From Clostridiales bacterium Firm_16 (GTDB lineage Bacteria; Bacillota; Clostridia; Saccharofermentanales; Saccharofermentanaceae), in the NCBI GenBank assembly GCA_001604185.1, contig LVAV01000098.1, positions 46,999 through 110,998 of the forward strand: DNA of 64,000 nt. The letters are read 5' to 3'. The notes beneath the pieces were generated by a model. It was not told the origin of the DNA. It did no database searches and saw nothing but the letters and a program-made list of their open reading frames with translations. The translations under genes and the position numbers were made by a program. Below are positions 45,807 to 56,200 of this stretch, piece by piece (position 1 is the stretch's first letter; every line of letters starts with the position of its first letter).

Positions 45807-46649
45807 GTGAAGAAGATATTGGCATATTTACTCATGATTTGCGGTGTTGTCGCCTGTTTCTTTGACGGGCTTCTTCCCTCTTCTGCTCTTTTTTTACTTC
45901 AGATCCTGGGATACATCTCGATGCCGTTTTTTGCCCAGCGGATCGTAGAAGGTTTTTTCCTTACAAGAAACATTTACCGTTACTTCGTACGTCTTGCATT
46001 ATTCGCGTATCTTTCGCATCTGGCGCATTTTCTGATCTGCCTTTTATGGCCGGAGATTCCTTACCCTGCCAGAATGAATATCCTATTTTCCTGGATGATC
46101 GCGCTGACGGGGCTGATCGGACTGGAATTTCTACTTTCTCTTCCTCGCGACCGCATCGCATCCATGAATCTTTTAAACGCCAACCAGGTCACGAATTCCA
46201 CGCGTTATGATGTCATCATCACCAGCGAAGAAGCCCAGAATCTTCCCCGTGGCCTGAAGGTCCCGAAGTGGCCGAAATCCACCTTCTATGCCATCGCACT
46301 TGTTCTTCTGTCCATCTGCACTGTCGTGATTGCATTTCTTCCCTTGACGATGTCACTTCTCCCGCTGTTCTGTGTCCTGGTCTTCTACTGTCTCCACCGA
46401 TGGAAACTGCAGTCCCGGATCCTGCTCGCCACGATTGTGTTCAGTGCTTTTGCCGCCGCATATACATTCACGTATTACCGCCTCTCCGGCTCCATATCGT
46501 GGGAATGGACCTCACTCGCAGGCTTTCTGATCTGCCTTCTCATTCCCGAGAAGCGCCGCAGAAAATCACCCTGGCTCTACCGGGCACTATATCTGATTTA
46601 TCCCGTAAGCATCGTCATTACAGGAATACTGGCCGCACTATTATTCTGA
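45807..46649 (+). CDS. Polytopic membrane protein, TraX-family-like
   Basis: LGYISMPFFAQRIVEGFFLTRNIYRYFVRLALFAYLSH resembles the TraX block (FP.FAFLL.EGF.HT.N...Y..RL). I chose the GTG start at 45807, 7 nt after GGAG. The family call is tentative. Confidence 0.5.
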   Translation: MKKILAYLLMICGVVACFFDGLLPSSALFLLQILGYISMPFFAQRIVEGFFLTRNIYRYFVRLALFAYLSHLAHFLICLLWPEIPYPARMNILFSWMIALTGLIGLEFLLSLPRDRIASMNLLNANQVTNSTRYDVIITSEEAQNLPRGLKVPKWPKSTFYAIALVLLSICTVVIAFLPLTMSLLPLFCVLVFYCLHRWKLQSRILLATIVFSAFAAAYTFTYYRLSGSISWEWTSLAGFLICLLIPEKRRRKSPWLYRALYLIYPVSIVITGILAALLF

Positions 46650-46669
46650 CGATCCTTTGTCACAACTTT

Positions 46670-47998
46670 TTATTGCTCGGACTCGGATTTCTTCATTTTC
46701 GAGTTTCTATTCCGCTCCCACTTGACCAGGTTTTTAAAGATTTCGCCGATCTGGCACTCTGCGACCCGGCCCTTCGCGTTAAGGGCTTTGACCTTATGGT
46801 TTGCTTCGTGAAGACTCTCCCCGATGATCTCCTTGATGTCGATCGCGTCGAGGATCCTTTCGTCCACACCGTAACCGTAACCTTTTTCCCTGGCACGCTC
46901 GCGCGCTTCCTCCAGTTCCTCCATATAACCATCGACATGCGCCATGCCGTCGTCGAGGCGCTTCTGGCGGAGCATGCTCTGTTTCGACGGACTTACGCTC
47001 AGATTGTAGCTCTTGATCCACGGAATGATCTTCTTGAACATTTCGAAATATGCTGTGTCGATCTCCTTGCACTTCTCGATCGCTTCATTGATGCGTGCTT
47101 CAAACGCAGTAAGATACACTTTGTTCATGCGTCTGATTACATTGACCGTCTGGATCGTCGGCCATGTCGCCGCGCAAAGGATACGTCCGCGAAGTGCTTC
47201 GAAGTTTGACGGATCTACTGTCAGGATATAAGAATAGATCGCGTCCGCCTTGATGAACTGAGACCTCGCAAGTGCCCTCGCCGCTTCATTTGCCGCGGTT
47301 TCGTCGCGGATATAATCGAAGTCGAAAGTAAGACCGCAGAACGGGCATTCATAAAGCTGTCTGTTTAAGTTTACGATCAGTTCACCGCCGCAGCCGGTAC
47401 AGCACTGTGAATTCTGAAGATTTACCGTCGTGACGTTTTTCATCTTTTCGTTCTCGCCGTCTTCTTCGATGCCCGGCTTTTCAAGACCCAGAGGATCGAG
47501 TTCGAACAGTTTTACCGAAAGCTCTACAAACTGATCATGAACCGCTTTTCTCTCCGCGGTCGTTGCCGTCGGCGGGTTTTGTTCTTCGCAGTATTTTTCG
47601 GCAAGGGCGTTCATCTCCAGGAGCGTCTCAAAATAGGGCTTATGCTCGGAAAATGCTTTTTCCTCGGTTTCAGAAATGGCCTTCGGACTGATCTGCGCGA
47701 CACGCGCGATCTTCGAAAGCTCGGACGGACGGTTGATCTTGGATTCACTTAAGAGTTTCCCACGAAGCGCGACAAAATTGTGCGGTTCTTTCTGAAGAAG
47801 GAAATCATACTTTTCTATAGCAGATTCAAATTGAAGGACCTTTTGTGAAGAGGCCGCCTGATCCAGGATATCCTGGGAGCGGAAATACTCATAATTGAAA
47901 AAAACGCTGCAATACGGACATTCGTACTGCTGGCGATCGTTATGGACGGTCAACGCACCGCCGCATTTGGTACATAAGTGGCTCTTGATCAATGTCAT
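46670..47998 (-). CDS. Cytoplasmic protein with two zinc-ribbon + TPR-like-helix modules (internal duplication)
   Basis: CTKCGGALTVHNDRQQYECPYCSVFFNYEYFR ... EPHNFVALRGKLL, and then CTGCGGELIVNLNRQLYECPFCGLTFDFDYIR ... DPSNFEALRGRIL. Confidence 0.6.
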   Translation of the reverse strand: MTLIKSHLCTKCGGALTVHNDRQQYECPYCSVFFNYEYFRSQDILDQAASSQKVLQFESAIEKYDFLLQKEPHNFVALRGKLLSESKINRPSELSKIARVAQISPKAISETEEKAFSEHKPYFETLLEMNALAEKYCEEQNPPTATTAERKAVHDQFVELSVKLFELDPLGLEKPGIEEDGENEKMKNVTTVNLQNSQCCTGCGGELIVNLNRQLYECPFCGLTFDFDYIRDETAANEAARALARSQFIKADAIYSYILTVDPSNFEALRGRILCAATWPTIQTVNVIRRMNKVYLTAFEARINEAIEKCKEIDTAYFEMFKKIIPWIKSYNLSVSPSKQSMLRQKRLDDGMAHVDGYMEELEEARERAREKGYGYGVDERILDAIDIKEIIGESLHEANHKVKALNAKGRVAECQIGEIFKNLVKWERNRNSKMKKSESEQ

Positions 47999-48165
47999 TT
48001 CCCGAAGCCCTCCCGAAAAACTCTAAAACCAAAATCCCTAAGGCATTTCGTCTACAAATTGAATATAACGAAATGGCGGGGACATATCAAGAGATTCTGA
48101 TTCCGTATAAAGGAGTGCTATTTCGTGACGAGTTTCCAAATAAATATCGCGCGTGTGTGAAAATC

Positions 48166-48174
48166 TGATATAAT
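48166..48174 (+). promoter_or_regulatory. Extended -10 element TGaTATAAT upstream of leuS
   Basis: tcTGaTATAATggtg, 39 nt upstream of the leuS ATG. There is no good -35 and no room for a T-box leader. Confidence 0.35.
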
Positions 48175-48212
48175 GGTGTTTCGTAAGTTTCTATATAAAG
48201 AGAGGTATGCAT

Positions 48213-50687
48213 ATGGCGTATTCAACAGACATTGACCGCAAATGGCAAAAGAAATGGGAAGAAACCAAGCTTTACAAATATGACCCCAACAAGAAGGGCG
48301 AGAAGCTATACGTTCTGGAGATGTTCTCCTACCCTTCCGCAGCTAACCTACACCTCGGTCACTGGTATAACTACTCTCTGACCGACTCCTGGTCCCGTAT
48401 GAAGCGCATGCAGGGATTCAACGTATTCCACCCGATGGGATTCGACTCTTTCGGTCTTCCTGCCGAGAACTACGCGATCAAGACCGGTATCCATCCGAAG
48501 GATTCTACGCTGCATAACATCGAGATCATGGAAAAGCAGCTGAAGAATATGGGTGCGACTTATGACTGGGATTATGAGATCGCAACATGCAAGCCGGAAT
48601 ACTACAAGTGGAACCAGTGGATCTTCCTCCGCCTTCTGGAGAAGGGTCTGGCTTATAGAAAGAATGCACCGGTTAACTGGTGTCCGCAGTGTAATACGGT
48701 TCTTGCCAACGAGCAGGTCATCGATGGTGCCTGCGAGCGTTGCCATACTGAGGTCGAGCACAAGAACATGACCCAGTGGTTCTTCAAGATCACTGCTTAT
48801 GCCCAGGAACTTCTGGACTGCCTGCCGCAGCTGGACTGGCCGGAGAAGACCAAGAAGATCCAGACCAACTGGATCGGCCGCTCCGAAGGTACACAGATCT
48901 CCTTCCTGTGCGAGAAGAACGGTGAGCGTCTTAAGGACGAAGACGGAAGCGATCTGAAGCTTTCCGTATTCACCACCCGTGCCGATACCCTCATGGGTGT
49001 CTCCTACGTAGTTGTCGCTCCGGAATCTCCGCTGTGCACGATCCTGACGACTGACGAGTGCCGTGAGAAAGTTGAAGAATATCAGGCTTACACCAAGAAA
49101 GCTTCCGATATCGACCGTATGTCCACTACCCGTGAGAAGACCGGTGTCTTCACAGGTTCCTATGCGATCCACCCGATCACCGGCAAGAAAGTTCCGATCT
49201 GGGCTTCCGATTATGTTATCGCTACCTATGGTACCGGTGTGGTCATGGCGGTTCCGGCTCACGATGAACGTGACTATGAATTCGCGAAGAAATTCGACCT
49301 GCCGATCCAAAGAGTCATTGCTTCCAGTGCTGATGCGTCGGATGAACTTCCATTCATTGAAAAAGGCGTACTGGTGAACTCCGGTGAATTCGATGGTCTG
49401 AACTTCAAGACTGCTATCGATGCCATCATCGAGAAACTGGCTCCGCAGGGCATGGCAGAAAGAAAGATCAACTACCGTCTCCGTGACTGGCTGATCTCCC
49501 GTCAGCGTTACTGGGGCACACCGATCCCGGTGGTACACTGCGAGAAGTGCGGTGTGGTTCCGGTACCGGATGATCAGCTCCCGGTACTTCTCCCCTACGA
49601 CGTGGAATTCCGTCCGGATGGAGAATCTCCGCTGGCTAAGTGCGAAAGCTTCATGAACACCACCTGCCCGAAGTGTGGTGCGCCGGCTAAGCGTGATCCG
49701 GATACCATGGATACTTTCGTAGACTCTTCCTGGTACCAGCTCCGTTACCCGGATAATAAGAACGATAAAGAGCCTTTCAACCGTGAACTCATCGACAAGA
49801 TGTGCCCGGTAGATAAGTACGTCGGTGGTCCGGAGCATGCTGCCATGCATCTTCTCTACACCCGTTTCTTCTGTAAGGCACTCCGTGATATGGGCTACCT
49901 GGATTTCGACGAGCCGTTTACTTCACTCGTTCATCAGGGAATCATCCTTGGACCGGACGGTAACAGAATGAGTAAGTCCAGAGGCAACACCGTTGCACCG
50001 GATCCGTACATCCAGAAATATGGTTCTGACGTATTCAGAACTTATCTGGCCTTCGGTTTCGCTTATACCGATGGTGGTCCGTGGAGTGAGAGCGGCCTGC
50101 AGGCCATCGTGAAGTTCACCACACGTATCGACCGTCTGGTAGAAGATGTATGTAAGATCGAAAAAGGACTTGCACTTCCTTCTACTCTTTCCGAAGAGGA
50201 TAAGGCACTTCTTTACAGCCTGAACTACACCATCAAGGCAGTTACCACCGATACCGAGAAGTTCCAGTTCAACACTTCCATCGCACGTCTCATGGAGCTG
50301 CTGAATGCCATCGGTAAGTATCAGGGTGCCGCCAACAAGAACGATGCACTGCTGAGAAGCACAGTAGAGACTTTCCTTCTGCTTTATGCTCCGTACGCTC
50401 CGCACTTCACCGAAGAAGCCTGGGAGAGAATGGGCAACGAATACTCCATCTTTAATCAGGCATGGCCGGTATGCGATGAGAGCAAGCTCGTGAAGGATAC
50501 CATCGAGATCGCCGTACAGATCAACGGTCAGGTCAAGTTCCGTATCAACATCTCCCCTGACGCTACATCGGAGGAAGTCGAGAAACTCGTACACGAAGAT
50601 TCTCACCTTGAGACCGCTCTTGCCGGCAGAAACATCGTGAAGTTCATCTACGTAAAAGGAAGATTGGCAAACATCGTAGCAAAATAA
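48213..50687 (+). CDS. leuS: Leucine--tRNA ligase
   Basis: [10 protein letters not shown] (HIGH), the CP1 editing domain, KMSKSRGN (KMSKS) and a Zn-binding CPQC...CERC. I chose the start at the second ATG (48213), 7 nt after GAGAGG. Confidence 0.95.
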   Translation: MAYSTDIDRKWQKKWEETKLYKYDPNKKGEKLYVLEMFSYPSAANLHLGHWYNYSLTDSWSRMKRMQGFNVFHPMGFDSFGLPAENYAIKTGIHPKDSTLHNIEIMEKQLKNMGATYDWDYEIATCKPEYYKWNQWIFLRLLEKGLAYRKNAPVNWCPQCNTVLANEQVIDGACERCHTEVEHKNMTQWFFKITAYAQELLDCLPQLDWPEKTKKIQTNWIGRSEGTQISFLCEKNGERLKDEDGSDLKLSVFTTRADTLMGVSYVVVAPESPLCTILTTDECREKVEEYQAYTKKASDIDRMSTTREKTGVFTGSYAIHPITGKKVPIWASDYVIATYGTGVVMAVPAHDERDYEFAKKFDLPIQRVIASSADASDELPFIEKGVLVNSGEFDGLNFKTAIDAIIEKLAPQGMAERKINYRLRDWLISRQRYWGTPIPVVHCEKCGVVPVPDDQLPVLLPYDVEFRPDGESPLAKCESFMNTTCPKCGAPAKRDPDTMDTFVDSSWYQLRYPDNKNDKEPFNRELIDKMCPVDKYVGGPEHAAMHLLYTRFFCKALRDMGYLDFDEPFTSLVHQGIILGPDGNRMSKSRGNTVAPDPYIQKYGSDVFRTYLAFGFAYTDGGPWSESGLQAIVKFTTRIDRLVEDVCKIEKGLALPSTLSEEDKALLYSLNYTIKAVTTDTEKFQFNTSIARLMELLNAIGKYQGAANKNDALLRSTVETFLLLYAPYAPHFTEEAWERMGNEYSIFNQAWPVCDESKLVKDTIEIAVQINGQVKFRINISPDATSEEVEKLVHEDSHLETALAGRNIVKFIYVKGRLANIVAK

Positions 50688-50710
50688 AGGCAACGCCGGA
50701 TGGAGGAAGC

Positions 50711-51835
50711 ATGAGTTTTCGAAGCAAGCTTTTCTCACAAAAGAAGATCTATGATCTCGAACCGACAAACGAGCTGTTTTTGCGTGCTATGAAAGAAAAC
50801 TGTGCATTCCATTATGCGCATTGTGAAGAATACAGAAAAGTATTAGATGGCGAGGGTTTTTCTCCGGAAGACCTCGCCTCTTTTTCTGATCTTGCAAAGC
50901 TTCCTTTCCTGCCCACGCTTTTCTTTAAAAAGCACCACATCTATTCTCTTCCGAACCGGCGTCTTCCGATCAAGGTGACATCGTCCGGAACAAGCGGTCA
51001 CTTCAGCCGCATGGGATTTGCATGGAGTGAGCTTTGGTATGCACTGAAGATGTCACTGCGGGTAGTCAGCAAGCGTCATCTGATTTCTCTTCGTCCGTGC
51101 AACTATATTGTTTTCGGATACAAACCCAACCGTCACAACAAGACAGGTGTTACCAAGACCGCCTTTATAACGACACTTCTGGCACCGGCCCGGCATCGTA
51201 CCTATGCCTTGAAATACCACGATGGAAAATACGAACCGGATCTGGAAGGCGTGATCAAGGCTATTGAAAAATATGCGAAAAAGAAGACTCCTGTCCGCTT
51301 CATGGGATTTCCTTCCTATACGACTTTTGTCATGCAGATGATGGAAGATCGAAAAGCTTTTGTACAGCTTCCCAAGGGATCCAAGATCCTGCTCGCCGGT
51401 GGCTGGAAACAGTTCTATGCCGAGGAAGTGGAAAAGAGTGTCTTCTATGATCTGGCCAAGCGTGTGCTTGGAATCACAGATGATAACATCGTCGAGTTTT
51501 TCGGTGCGGTTGAACATCCGATCCTTTATTGCGACTGCCCACACCACCATTTCCATGTTCCCGTTTATGGCCGTGTCCTGATCCGGGACGTCAATACTCT
51601 GGAACCCGTTCCCAATGGCACGCCGGGTCTTGTGAATCTTCTGACGCCGCTTGTAAAAGGTACACCATTGACAAGCGTCATGACAGACGATCTTGGAATC
51701 CTGCATGACGGCAGCACATGCCCCTGCGGACAGAATTCCCCGTACCTTGAGATCCTTGGCCGTGTTGGTCTGAAAGACATCAAGACCTGTGCGGCAGGTG
51801 CAGCAGAATATCTGGATAAAGGAGGCCTGAAATGA
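50711..51835 (+). CDS. LuxE-family acyl-protein synthetase / adenylate-forming enzyme
   Basis: 374 aa with TSSGTSG (AMP-binding P-loop-like motif) and the overall layout of LuxE-type proteins. It starts 23 nt after leuS. Confidence 0.7.
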   Translation: MSFRSKLFSQKKIYDLEPTNELFLRAMKENCAFHYAHCEEYRKVLDGEGFSPEDLASFSDLAKLPFLPTLFFKKHHIYSLPNRRLPIKVTSSGTSGHFSRMGFAWSELWYALKMSLRVVSKRHLISLRPCNYIVFGYKPNRHNKTGVTKTAFITTLLAPARHRTYALKYHDGKYEPDLEGVIKAIEKYAKKKTPVRFMGFPSYTTFVMQMMEDRKAFVQLPKGSKILLAGGWKQFYAEEVEKSVFYDLAKRVLGITDDNIVEFFGAVEHPILYCDCPHHHFHVPVYGRVLIRDVNTLEPVPNGTPGLVNLLTPLVKGTPLTSVMTDDLGILHDGSTCPCGQNSPYLEILGRVGLKDIKTCAAGAAEYLDKGGLK

Positions 51836-53106
51836 TTCTTTTCAACGGAACTCTTTTCGAGACCAAAGAGCAGAACCGTCTTCTTGACGAACTGCCTTCG
51901 AAACTGTCAGACACACTCCTGCACCAGACGCTCGACCGTGAAAAAGTAATACGGGCTTTTGACAACATCAGCCAGCGGCTGGCTGCCGGTGAATTTGAAT
52001 CACTTCTCCAGTCTGTGGATCCGGATTCTGCTTCTCTATATATGGATCAGATTGTCCGCATGATGAGCCGTGATTATCTTCAGAAAAAAACAGAGATCGA
52101 GTTTCACGGTGTAAGAAACGACAGCGAAAAGATCCAGACGCAGGAAGTCCCGCTTGGCGTAGTTTTCCATATCGCCGCGGGTAATATGGACGTGCTTCCG
52201 ATTGCCAGTATCGGAGAAGGTCTTCTTGCCGGAAACATCAACATTCTTAAACTTCCAAGTGTCGACCATGGCCTTACGATCCAGGCACTCAAGATGCTTG
52301 TCGATACTGAACCGGCGCTGAAGGACTTCATCTATGTATTTGATACACCGTCCTCCGATATCGCTGCTATTAAAAAACTGGCCGATCTTTCTGACGGCAT
52401 TGCCATCTGGGGCGGCGACGAAGTCGTGCACGCAGTAAGAGCTTTTGCCAAACCGGGAACAAGGCTGATCGAATGGGGTCACAAACTTGGATTTGCCTAT
52501 ATCTCCGGATACGAAAACGAAGAGGAAGAACTTACCGAACTTGCAGATCACATCCTGATGACCCGCCAGTTACTCTGCAGTTCCTGTCAGGTCATTTACA
52601 TTGATACTGATCAATATGATGAGGCGCTGGCTTTTGCCGGAAGATTTCTTCCCTATCTGGAACGCGCATTTGAAAAGCACCCGATCCGGGAGATCGGTGG
52701 TGTGGCTGAGCTTACACTCAGGCGGTATGAAGAAAGGATCGAGAAACATCTTCAAGGCGAAGAAACTTCGGATGAAAAGAGATCCCGTTTTCAGGGGCAG
52801 CATACAAGCGTTACGGTCAAAAAAGAACCGGACCTGGAATTGTCGTACATGTACGGAAATGTGATCGTGAAACCTCTCCCCGCCAAGAATATGACCGATG
52901 TACTCCGCAAAAGCAAAGGATATCTTCAGACAGCCGGCCTGATCTGCAGTCCTGAGAAAAGAGATGCGCTTACCCGTCAGCTGACCCGCTGCGGTGTCCA
53001 ACGCGTTACACGTGCCGGACACATGTCGAGTCTTTTTGAAGGAGAAGCGCATGATGGCGAATTTGCACTCGCACGTTACAGTCGTTTCATCAATATAGAG
53101 AACTAA
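51832..53106 (+). CDS. LuxC-family acyl-CoA reductase-like protein
   Basis: 424 aa and ATGA-coupled to the LuxE-like gene. It has an aldehyde-dehydrogenase-superfamily-like layout with HIAAGNMDVLPI and a conserved LLCSSCQVIY (candidate catalytic Cys). The call comes from pairing and motif resemblance. Confidence 0.65.
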   Translation: MILFNGTLFETKEQNRLLDELPSKLSDTLLHQTLDREKVIRAFDNISQRLAAGEFESLLQSVDPDSASLYMDQIVRMMSRDYLQKKTEIEFHGVRNDSEKIQTQEVPLGVVFHIAAGNMDVLPIASIGEGLLAGNINILKLPSVDHGLTIQALKMLVDTEPALKDFIYVFDTPSSDIAAIKKLADLSDGIAIWGGDEVVHAVRAFAKPGTRLIEWGHKLGFAYISGYENEEEELTELADHILMTRQLLCSSCQVIYIDTDQYDEALAFAGRFLPYLERAFEKHPIREIGGVAELTLRRYEERIEKHLQGEETSDEKRSRFQGQHTSVTVKKEPDLELSYMYGNVIVKPLPAKNMTDVLRKSKGYLQTAGLICSPEKRDALTRQLTRCGVQRVTRAGHMSSLFEGEAHDGEFALARYSRFINIEN

Positions 53107-53193
53107 ACTCCGGTCCGGTCCTCACAATCCATTCGATCTCAGTTGCAGATGAAAAAGGTATAAATAAGGGGTTGCCCCCTTTAGATCGAGCCA

Positions 53194-53229
53194 CCAAAGT
53201 CGGAATCCAACTTTGGGGGTTCTTCTTTT
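53194..53229 (+). terminator. Weak terminator candidate after the LuxC-like gene
   Basis: 7-bp stem ccaaagt/actttgg followed by gggttcttctttt. Confidence 0.35.
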
Positions 53230-53284
53230 AGAGACAACCCCACGGGGTAAACCTGACGTCCGATAAAATCGGATATGCTGTTAC

Positions 53285-56200
53285 TTAAAGCGGCGTTTCG
53301 CCTACAGTCTCATCCATCGCTTTCTGTCCGGAAGACTTCTTCTTCGGTTCGTCTACGGGCGAAGTCTTCACTGTTTCCTCAGATGTCTGGAGACTGGACG
53401 ATCCCACCGAGACCGCATCCTGGCTCCATACCGTATAGATGATCGCCGTATCCCAAATCTCACCTTTGACCCACAACGTGGTATCGTCATAGTAGTGCAG
53501 TTCTTCCTCTGTCTGCGGCTCAAATATCTGTGACGGGTCATCCGATCCGGGATACTGACTTCCGTTGTTTCCCATGATGAAATACCATTCATAGCTCTGT
53601 CCTTCACGTGGTGCGACATCCGGCATAGCCGCCTTCACAGAACTCCAGGTACATCCGTTCTCAAACTGCGCCGTTTTCAGTGTTGTACCGTTGGCGGAAC
53701 CGTCTCTCCAGATTACCGTGAAGTACTCCGGTTCCGGCTCCGGTGCTTCCACTACCGTAAGCTGGACATCTACTTCTGCATAGGTATCAAGATCCTTATC
53801 TGCAGGTCGGATATGGACGGACAGCTTAACGCCAGGCTCAATATCACCGATACGTGTACCAGGTTTGCTCCACGTCACTGTCGCCCCCTCCAGATCCCAG
53901 CGGTCATTGGACATGCAGCCATTGCTTGTGGCGGCCGGCCACCAATAAGAGAGGATATAATCATAGTCTGACAGTTTTCCATCCGGATCATCGAGGAATT
54001 CGGCCATGCTGATCGTCAGCGTATCATCTTCATTGATCAGTGTCGGCTTAACCTTGATGACTTTGTTTTCCAGTACTTTGCCGCAGACTGAACATGTTAC
54101 GACTGAAGATCCGACATGCCATCCTTCTGTGCAGTATCCATCCTCATTCAGGATCGGATAGGGTTCCGTACGCACGGTTTTTGTAACATGGGCATCGGGG
54201 TCAACCGGGATCACCCAGGAATCCTTGGCGATCTCATGCTGACACTTCTCGTCGCTGAAATACTTATCGCAACGTTTGCAGTGCCAGTAAGCACTGTTTC
54301 CGGCCTCTTTACATGTAGCGGCTTTGGCTTTGTAAGAAACCAGGTCATGACCGAGAGCCGGGATCGTCTTCTTCACACGAGAGAGTTCCTCATGACAGGT
54401 TGCGCAGTAGACGACCTCATCGAAACTGCCGGCTTCCTCACAAGTCGGGTCAACGTAGTTCTCCATCGTCGGCTCCATCGGATCATGCTCGTGAACAACG
54501 GTCAGTGTCGCGATCATCTCAACATACTGCTCGGTATCGGAAGGCGTGATGCGTACCTTAAAGACATCACCTGCCTGGATCTCTTCCAGTCTGACAGAGC
54601 TGTAATTCTCTGCCCAGGTCAGAGTTGCGTCGACGACCTGACCTTTTCCGTTACCGGAAAGTTCTCCGACATAAGCCCACAGCTGCAGATCCTTAAACGG
54701 ATCCAGTTCACTGAGATAGGTCTTCTGTTCAGCCTCATACATTTCAGATGCATAGTTCCAGAGAACCGTCTTCTCGATAGCGGCTCCGCCGTCTTTGGCT
54801 TTGTATTCACTGCCAAGTTTCGGCTTCTTTATTATCCGCAGTTTCTCTGTCTTTGTATCTGTGTATGTTTCACCTTCGAAAACAACGGTTGCGGTATAGA
54901 CAACGGAACCTTCTTCCGTCTCCGTAGGTTCTGTACGTACGCTCGTGATCGTCGCTTGTACTTTTTCCGTATGGTCAGCATCGTTTTTACATGTAAATGT
55001 TGCCGTTGCTGCCGTGTAGCCTGTCCATGTCCAACCGATCAGTTCATAGTCGTGACCGAATGCAGGGATCGCCTTACCTTCAGAAATCATCGCACCACAG
55101 CTTGTGCAATACGTATCACCGGTATATCCGTCTTCCGTACAGGTTGCTTCCTTGGCATCCCGGAGTTCAGTTTCTCCGACATGGTTATGCGGATCGATCG
55201 GGAGTTCTTCGGTCTTTGTCTTGCCACAATCCGTACAGGTATAGGTTATGCTGCCTGTATGTATGCAGGTGGCCGGAGTGATGACCGTTCCCTCATCCCA
55301 CGTATGCTCATGCTCAACGAACTGCGGATAGAGCGTCACATCTTCATACGGCGGGTACTCATATGTCTTACCGTCGGCATCTGCCCAGCCCATAAACGTA
55401 AAGCCTTTTCGGCTGATCTCCTTCGGAGGAGTCAGTTTTCTGCCTACCCAGTTGGTTGTCACGACATCGCCGTCATCATACTTCCACGTTACCTTCACCA
55501 TTACAGGAGAACGACGAAGAATATATGTACTGTTGTAAGCATAGAACAGCGTGCTGTTGTATACAGGTTTCCAATTGTTTTTCTGTGCTTTGACATTATC
55601 GATACCGGTAGTGTAGATGCGTAAGAAATCATATGTATACCTTGTATCCGAAGTATACTTAGAAACCGCCTCCGGCATATTCTCCAGCGCCTTGTCTCCT
55701 GCAAGCGTTTCCTGACTTCTGAACTCGCTTGCCAGTGAAACATACTTACCGTTACCGGTGTCATACAGCACCCAGTCACATTGATACGTATATATACCGT
55801 ACAGAGTCAGGTCCTTCTTGGGCATCTCGTACTCTTCGTTGATCGTGGTCAGAAGATCACCCTTCGTCGTAGTCCAGTTGATGCCCTGATTATTGGTCTT
55901 GAAAGGACAAGTGGAGAGCGGATTTGTTCCTGCCTTGGCCTTGGAAGTTTTTGTCTGCCCGTCCAGGATCCAGGTAATCGTGTATTCGCCACCGACAAAT
56001 TTCGGATACAGTGTCAGATTTTTTGCCGGCATGGTCTTGTACTGATTTCCGTCTTTATCCTGCCAATACTGGAAAGTGTATCCTTGGCGGACCGGCGTAG
56101 ACGGCGCTTTGAGTGCTTCACCGTACTTAACTTTAGTAGTCTTGTCACCGTCATCGTATTTCCATGTGACTGTAAAGGTTTTCGGTGTGCGGATAGCAAA

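Noticed and set aside
53161-53284. Several short GC hairpins (aagggg/cccctt, ggggtt/aacccc) between the convergent LuxC-like and giant genes
   Set aside because: The stems are only 5-6 bp with poor T-runs. I kept only the ccaaagt/actttgg candidate, at low confidence.
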